64,000 nt of DNA, taken from assembly GCA_025336685.1 (NCBI GenBank), contig GCA_025336685.1_4717.1; one strand, given 5' to 3'. How positions within the stretch are numbered: position 1 is the first letter of the stretch; every line of letters starts with the position of its first letter. This document shows positions 58,265 through 64,000 of the stretch, in pieces. Under the pieces are notes generated by a model. That model was not told the origin of the DNA. It saw only the letters and a list, made by a program, of their open reading frames with translations, and did not search any database. The position numbers were made by a program, and so were the translations under genes. The DNA is from Escherichia coli. Lineage in GTDB: Bacteria > Pseudomonadota > Gammaproteobacteria > Enterobacterales > Enterobacteriaceae.

Positions 58265-59258
58265 CAGTCCGATTCCGATTAACCGCGATCATGCCGGTAT
58301 TACCTTCTTCACACGACCTAATTTACATCTTACCGACGCGAACTTAAAACGAGATCGACGTTTGTGGTCGTTACGTACGGATAACCCTAACAGTATTCAG
58401 GCTGTTGTCCGTGACTACTTGGACCCTGTGGGTGCCAGAAAGCGGAACCATCGAGGACGTGCCATCGTCGATGAGCGCAATCCATTCATAAGTATACTGA
58501 CGGACAACCTGACGGATATCAGCGGTTTCAATGACATGGAAATGCAGGTCTATCAGGGTAAACCGGGATTACGCCAAGAAACCGTTGTGATGGCTGACGG
58601 TTCAGTGGATATGTTTCAACCCTATAACCTGAACGCGACGTTCAAGAACATCATGGGTAACCCCATCATGTTCCTTCATTATATTTGGTTGATTTACATC
58701 GCTGGTGTGCATAATGGTGAACTGACGCCAAGCCCTCAGGCCATCATCGACAATGAAATGGATTACTGGACAAGATGTTATCGTATCATCCTGGATCCGA
58801 CTGGGATGTATGTTCGTTATATCTTCGCACCGACCGCGATGTTTCCTGTCGGGTTACCGACTGGTAATATGGCTAACTACAGCATCGATAAACCCTTCAC
58901 GCAAGATAACGAACGTATCACTATTCCATACCAAGCGGTTGGTAACAACGCATTCGATGAAATTCTGAAGGATGAATTCAATCGACTTGTCCTGATGTTC
59001 TATTACGGTGAGAACGATACCCGTACGTTCCTTGAAGATGAGGAGTTGGTACCTATTTCACCCTACGAGCGTCGAATCATGTCGTATCGTGTCGATATGT
59101 ATCCATTTATTCATCCGTTGACCTCAGAGCTTCTTTGGTTCGTACCCGCTGATGCTTACAACGAATTCTATCTGGATCTTGAGCCATCGGCGTTACCACC
59201 GGATACGTTCAGTCGCGATCTTGTCCGTACCACCATTCCGCAAAATTACGAGGGATAA
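58140..59258 (+). CDS. hypothetical protein (start ambiguous)
   Basis: 372-aa ORF; ATG at 58140 has GGAGG RBS, but codons 1-35 are rare-codon-rich and overlap 58055..58264; clearly coding only from about 58265 onward. Confidence 0.65.
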   Translation: MRCYSLIQIGQWRGRIFVPVSVKGHTDSIARRYRNVSPIPGNSPIPINRDHAGITFFTRPNLHLTDANLKRDRRLWSLRTDNPNSIQAVVRDYLDPVGARKRNHRGRAIVDERNPFISILTDNLTDISGFNDMEMQVYQGKPGLRQETVVMADGSVDMFQPYNLNATFKNIMGNPIMFLHYIWLIYIAGVHNGELTPSPQAIIDNEMDYWTRCYRIILDPTGMYVRYIFAPTAMFPVGLPTGNMANYSIDKPFTQDNERITIPYQAVGNNAFDEILKDEFNRLVLMFYYGENDTRTFLEDEELVPISPYERRIMSYRVDMYPFIHPLTSELLWFVPADAYNEFYLDLEPSALPPDTFSRDLVRTTIPQNYEG

Positions 59259-59261
59259 TAA

Positions 59262-60377
59262 ATGAGCGTAACCAACAAAGATCTTGCTGAACAGCTCAAT
59301 CGCTATATGCTTTCACCCATTGAAATGCAGGCTGTTGCAAGCGATATGATCCGTTTGGCTTCCGATGGTGAGTTAACCCTGGTTGACCCCAGCTGTCCGT
59401 TTGTTTATCTGCTGGAGGTTGCAACGGCGACGGCTGCGAACCAGAACGCGCGGGATGAATCCCGTGTTCGCGAACTGTATCCGAAACTTGCAACCAACTG
59501 GAGCCAGCTCTATCGTTGGATGTATGACGAGTCGTACGTCGGACGTTTCGCAATGCCGGGTAAAACGGAAATCATTTATTCGTTAGGGTATCAGGAAATC
59601 CTCGATCGTGCTGTAGAGATTCCAAACACCGCCGCATCCGATGATTTAAGCCGTTCTTACAGCCGTAAGTTAGTGATACCACGTACGACGGTGTTTACGG
59701 TAGCCGGAATGGATTTCGGGCTGCATTATCCCATCGAAATCCAAGTGCAGGCGCACGACCAGATACGCGTTGTTTATAACACTGATAACATCAGCCCGCT
59801 GCAAACCTTGGAGAGTAACCAAGTTGAGTATGGTGTTGTTCGTGTAAAAGCGGGTAAAGTGTTGGTGATGCGTATCCCACTGTTCCAGTTTAAAACGCTG
59901 GTAAAAGATGTGCCGTTTAACAGCGTTCACGGGATGAACAGCAGCATTACCTTCGAAGATCAGTTTTACCATTGTCGTGCGTACATGTCGTCGGATAACG
60001 ATACCTGGACGGAGATAGCGACAACCCACAGCCAGCAGATCTACGATCCGTTAACACCGACCATCGCGTTACAAGTAGAAGGGAACAAACTTAACTGGCG
60101 TGTTCCTGAAATTTATTTGTCTCAAGGTACGATGGATAAAAGCACCATTCGACTCGAGGTGTTGACGACGAAAGGGAAAATCAGCGTCGACCCGTCTGAT
60201 TACGACGTGACTGATTGGAAAGATAATTACATCGATCTGTCACCAAAAGCCGAACAGAAATACAGTGCGCCGCTAAGTGCGTTCAACATTAAAGGGATTT
60301 ATAGTGAAGGGGCGTTGTCGGGTGGACGATCTGCGTTAACATTCGAGGAACAACGTGAACGCGTTATGGCGAAGTGA
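59262..60377 (+). CDS. hypothetical protein (371 aa)
   Basis: ATG with GAGGGA RBS. Confidence 0.75.
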   Translation: MSVTNKDLAEQLNRYMLSPIEMQAVASDMIRLASDGELTLVDPSCPFVYLLEVATATAANQNARDESRVRELYPKLATNWSQLYRWMYDESYVGRFAMPGKTEIIYSLGYQEILDRAVEIPNTAASDDLSRSYSRKLVIPRTTVFTVAGMDFGLHYPIEIQVQAHDQIRVVYNTDNISPLQTLESNQVEYGVVRVKAGKVLVMRIPLFQFKTLVKDVPFNSVHGMNSSITFEDQFYHCRAYMSSDNDTWTEIATTHSQQIYDPLTPTIALQVEGNKLNWRVPEIYLSQGTMDKSTIRLEVLTTKGKISVDPSDYDVTDWKDNYIDLSPKAEQKYSAPLSAFNIKGIYSEGALSGGRSALTFEEQRERVMAK

Positions 60378-61711
60378 ACAAAACCGGAGTACCGATCACG
60401 GGAACACAGGTAGAGCTGGTGCTTCAAGATGCGGGTTATGGGATGGTAACCACTATCGACAACGTAACCAATCGTTCGTTCCTGGCAACCCGAGATTTAC
60501 CGCAATTGAGCGACAGCGTGCCGCAAGCCGGTTCGTTGATGGGGTCTTTCTATACTTCAGCCGCAGCGTTGGTGAAAAGTAAGTTTGTCGCCGATAACGG
60601 CGATCGTATCACGATTAAACCGGACTGTCTGTATCGCGACAGTAACGGAAGTATCGCACTGTTGTCGGACGATGAAATTGACCGTATTAATGCAGGTAAC
60701 TCTGATGCGAAGTTGAACGCGGTAAACAACGCCATGTTGTTTTACAGCCCGTTTCATTACGTGTTGGATGCGACAAGCGATTTCGACATTCATGCTTATT
60801 ACCTGGATGCTCCTAAGATCGGCACACAAGCATTCCTCGACGCGAACGAGACAATCCCGTTAACCGCTATGGTGACCGGATACCGTCTGGATCGTATCGC
60901 TGAAGGATATCGTCTAAGCCTCATTGTAGAAGGTAACGACGCATGGAAGGCGCTCGACGATAAAAACGTGCACGTGCAGCTGGGGTTCAATCCGCGGGGT
61001 GAGGGTGATTATGCGACGATGTTAGCATCACCGACAACCGATGAACAAGGTCGTCGTTTGTTCACCTTCGATATCACCACGAATTATGATTTCACGCGAA
61101 TCCTGGCCGATGATTCCACGGCGTATGAACCATATATCGCATTGACCTCTTTCTCGATGTATGAATCGACACCGCGGGATTACTGGGCATCACTGCAGCA
61201 GTATTTGGAAATCTTCCATGTGGTGACGGATTATGCGCCGGAAGATGTCGACGGTATTTTACACAGTGCTTCCGATAATTACCTGGTTAAGAAACTTACG
61301 CTTCAAAATGGGTATTGTTTCTACCGTGAACGTCTCACCGCAACCTTTGGTTATGATCTGGATGGTCTTTGGATGCGCTCTCGTACGGTAGCCTCGGAGA
61401 TTACGTATAAACGTTACACCGAGAACATTCCGTGGGTGTATGAAGAAGATATTCCAGCGACGGATGAGACCGGTTCGGTTATCATTGAACAAGGTGATGA
61501 CGGTACGCTGTCAGTTAAATACCTGCATCGTAAAGGTGACCCGAAATTAAACAGTGATGGAAGCCAAGCCTATCGTTATCTGAAAGGCGACATCATGAAA
61601 GATAATTACGGTAATCCGATCCTGTCGATGAACGTGAAGTTCTGCGTAGCCTGGACATGTTCTTTATTGATGCGTCGTATCTGCTTTAGCGAACGATACG
61701 GACGTGATTGA
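60374..61711 (+). CDS. hypothetical protein (445 aa)
   Basis: GTG start overlapping the upstream TGA stop (GTGA). Confidence 0.65.
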   Translation: MNKTGVPITGTQVELVLQDAGYGMVTTIDNVTNRSFLATRDLPQLSDSVPQAGSLMGSFYTSAAALVKSKFVADNGDRITIKPDCLYRDSNGSIALLSDDEIDRINAGNSDAKLNAVNNAMLFYSPFHYVLDATSDFDIHAYYLDAPKIGTQAFLDANETIPLTAMVTGYRLDRIAEGYRLSLIVEGNDAWKALDDKNVHVQLGFNPRGEGDYATMLASPTTDEQGRRLFTFDITTNYDFTRILADDSTAYEPYIALTSFSMYESTPRDYWASLQQYLEIFHVVTDYAPEDVDGILHSASDNYLVKKLTLQNGYCFYRERLTATFGYDLDGLWMRSRTVASEITYKRYTENIPWVYEEDIPATDETGSVIIEQGDDGTLSVKYLHRKGDPKLNSDGSQAYRYLKGDIMKDNYGNPILSMNVKFCVAWTCSLLMRRICFSERYGRD

Positions 61712-62256
61712 GTATCGTAACACGATTCCTACGCAGCTTATCGGAGTGGATCAAGAACGATATCATCACATTCAGGAATTTCTGTTATGAGGAAACAGAG
61801 ATTTCACTGTATCCTAAACAATCGTTGGGGTATGTGGATGTTATTGTCGAAAACGGATTGGAAACAACGCTTCCTGCCGCTCTATCGTTCAACGTGACGC
61901 TTTACTTACCAGCTAAGCAATACGCGGATTTGGATCTCCGTCAAGTCCTTCAAGCGATGGTATCGAAAGTCATCAACGAATGCTTAACGTCCCGTACGGT
62001 GGCTAAAGCAGAAATGATCGCGATGATTCGTGAGGAGGGTGGTGACGACATCCTTAACGTTGAAATCGATGATTTTGGACCAGGTAAGAACCTCAGTGTT
62101 TATACTGCGAAGAACGATGGTGTTCGCTGCGCGGTGAAGAAAGAGCTTTATGTGAAAGCGGATGGTATCTTGTCCGTACGTGAAGCGATCGATGTAAGTT
62201 TTGTGAAACATGCACAAAGCAACAGTTCGGCATTAGCGCAAGGCCTTCGTGTCTAA
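61708..62256 (+). CDS. hypothetical protein (start uncertain)
   Basis: 182-aa ORF starting at TTG overlapping the upstream stop; first 40 codons rare-codon-rich; an RBS-preceded ATG exists in the +1 frame near 61787. Confidence 0.5.
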   Translation: MSIVTRFLRSLSEWIKNDIITFRNFCYEETEISLYPKQSLGYVDVIVENGLETTLPAALSFNVTLYLPAKQYADLDLRQVLQAMVSKVINECLTSRTVAKAEMIAMIREEGGDDILNVEIDDFGPGKNLSVYTAKNDGVRCAVKKELYVKADGILSVREAIDVSFVKHAQSNSSALAQGLRV

Positions 62257-62277
62257 AACAAAATAGCATGAGCATAA

Positions 62278-62309
62278 CCCTCCTCCAACCCGTAAGGGAA
62301 GGAGGAGGG
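62278..62309. terminator. conserved hairpin element, canonical copy
   Basis: CCCTCCTCC-AA-CCC-GTAA-GGG-AA-GGAGGAGGG between convergent genes 61708..62256 and 62319..63980. Confidence 0.6.
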
Positions 62310-62318
62310 AATATGTTG

Positions 62319-63980
62319 TTATCTTACGTTGCTGCTATTCTGCTGTTCGCTGAACCAACAGTACACCTTGAGATCGGTACCGTATTTCAATGCGATATAC
62401 GCATTCAGTGCGGCACAGAACAAAGACGCGAATGCCCATATCAGTGAAGGATCAACATCTTCCGTTACCACCCGGGGAGTATTATCCGGTTCCCATGATG
62501 GAGAACTGTCCATGAACGTCGTGTACCATTCCCGCCGTTGTTCTTCAGTGGTAAAGTCACTATGAGGCTCCAGCGCTTCTTTTGCCAGACGTCGATATTC
62601 GAACACATACGTTGCGAAAGCCGATGAGTTACCAGATTCGCCTTCATAGTTCGGATCCACCGCACAACAGAGTTCTGTGGAATTTAACAAAGCAATCGCT
62701 TGTATGATGCTGTCGGCAGTGCCTGCACTATAGAGCTCGATAGACCGCGAAAGCTTTTCACAGAACGTATTTAACGCGGTAGGATTGGACACCTGAAGGT
62801 CGAGGCCTAATGTCCACGGATAGTTACTGAACACACCCGTAAACCGCGGCATAACACCCAACAGATGTTGTCCGATTACGGCACGGTTATAAACAGCCCG
62901 GTTATAGACTTGAAACGCAGCCTCCAAGGCTTGGTTATAATGACGACGAAGTTCATCACGCGAGTTGCGGAATCTGTTTGCCGCAAGACTTGTGGCTGCG
63001 ACGCTACAAACATCGTAATCGGTGGACGAGAGCACGGTTTCGTTAAGATCGAACGCTTCCTGTTTCAATGTTCCGCTAACCGCTGTCGCTTCGCTGTTTG
63101 CTTTATCGACAACAGTACTCAAAGCGTTGATGTAACGTTTAGCTCGGACCTCCAACCATTGTGCGATGCCGAGAATATCCACCGCAGCTTTAGCAAGATC
63201 GCGGGCGTTCACGATTTCGTTCTTCAACGCACCTAAACCTTTATTCTCAGGCGAAGAGGCTTGTTGACGAATCATGCTGTTCAACATGGTAAGCAGATTA
63301 TCCAACTCATGCCCACTGACCTTGTTACGCGCATCGGTAACTGGTCCTTGCAGGAATTTACGGCAACCGTCGTTGTATCGAATCAGTTTATCCACATCGA
63401 TAGATTCGTTCGTGGATTCCTTGAACTGATCCTTCAATTCTTCACGGTAGTCATGGATTTCACTTGCGAGATTATCGATAGTGATGCCGTTATGTCCAAG
63501 AAGAACTTTATTGAAGTTACCTTTCTCGAATGCAAGAGCAAGACCTTCACGAATCTTAGCGAGTTTATCCTGATCGAGTTCGCGACCGTTCGATAGCTCT
63601 TTCACTTCCGAGCTGATTAGTGCCGCAACGTTACCCAGATTGTCGGTAACCCCTTTGAACGCTCCCGACCAGATCGTTCCTGCTCCAGCGTATTTCGCAA
63701 TGGTCTGAATACCGACGGTGTGCAACGACGCTAAACGTTTCTTTGTGCCTTCGGTAAGCAGAGCGTCTTTAGCTCGCGTAAGTTGACTGTTATTCGCTTC
63801 CGCCTGCTGAATCGCTGCTTTCGCACTTCCATTACGCCAGCTCTTAACCAGCCAATCAACCAAACGTTTTAGGATATTGACGGTGTATTCCATTGTCCGC
63901 CGTAACGTTTCCCACGCGCTTTCTGCGGTATAGATGCCGTACCCTTCCATCTTCGTTGGGTCAAAGAAACCTTCCTGCAC
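62319..63980 (-). CDS. hypothetical protein (at least 553 aa; may extend past window end)
   Basis: ORF begins at GTG without RBS; the frame stays open to the window edge, so the true start may lie beyond 64000. Confidence 0.6.
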   Translation of the reverse strand: MQEGFFDPTKMEGYGIYTAESAWETLRRTMEYTVNILKRLVDWLVKSWRNGSAKAAIQQAEANNSQLTRAKDALLTEGTKKRLASLHTVGIQTIAKYAGAGTIWSGAFKGVTDNLGNVAALISSEVKELSNGRELDQDKLAKIREGLALAFEKGNFNKVLLGHNGITIDNLASEIHDYREELKDQFKESTNESIDVDKLIRYNDGCRKFLQGPVTDARNKVSGHELDNLLTMLNSMIRQQASSPENKGLGALKNEIVNARDLAKAAVDILGIAQWLEVRAKRYINALSTVVDKANSEATAVSGTLKQEAFDLNETVLSSTDYDVCSVAATSLAANRFRNSRDELRRHYNQALEAAFQVYNRAVYNRAVIGQHLLGVMPRFTGVFSNYPWTLGLDLQVSNPTALNTFCEKLSRSIELYSAGTADSIIQAIALLNSTELCCAVDPNYEGESGNSSAFATYVFEYRRLAKEALEPHSDFTTEEQRREWYTTFMDSSPSWEPDNTPRVVTEDVDPSLIWAFASLFCAALNAYIALKYGTDLKVYCWFSEQQNSSNVR

Positions 63981-64000
63981 GAGATCAGTACGTGTGTAGC

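Noticed and set aside
4416-62309. Possibility that the repeated 32-nt hairpins are a CRISPR array
   Set aside because: Copies are kilobases apart at irregular spacing, occur in both orientations and always sit at gene ends; there is no repeat-spacer periodicity

Overview
This 64-kb window reads as a densely packed, almost entirely minus-strand block of a large lytic tailed phage, most consistent with the virion/morphogenesis region of a jumbo-type myovirus. The host is probably an enteric gammaproteobacterium, judged only from GC content and codon usage. I support about 60 protein-coding genes and find no rRNA, tRNA, CRISPR array, integrase or transposase. Recognisable by motif are a GH108-type endolysin, two paralogous tail fibres built from NPHxVTKAQVGLGNVxN repeats (one ending in an SDxRxK intramolecular-chaperone domain) and a 740-aa strongly codon-biased major structural protein (capsid or sheath). 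Four paralogue families are present, including a tandem five-gene array with acidic AxE/LxE-rich N-termini that looks like head internal (inner-body-like) proteins. The most interesting unexplained signals are: (1) a conserved 32-nt GNRA-capped hairpin present in 10 copies at gene ends; (2) a 470-bp interval (56663..57132) interrupting otherwise well-optimised coding sequence, with an in-frame T_TTA_AAC heptamer; (3) an overlapping ORF pair at 58055..58264 that may be fused by a +1 shift; (4) a Q/Y/P-rich prion-like protein; (5) a tail-anchored protein with an ER/K helix encoded by a DNA tandem repeat. All functional calls are by eye from motifs; no database search was run. Start codons were refined from the ORF track where an RBS-supported internal start was evident. 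My base-by-base indexing may be off by 1 nt in places.
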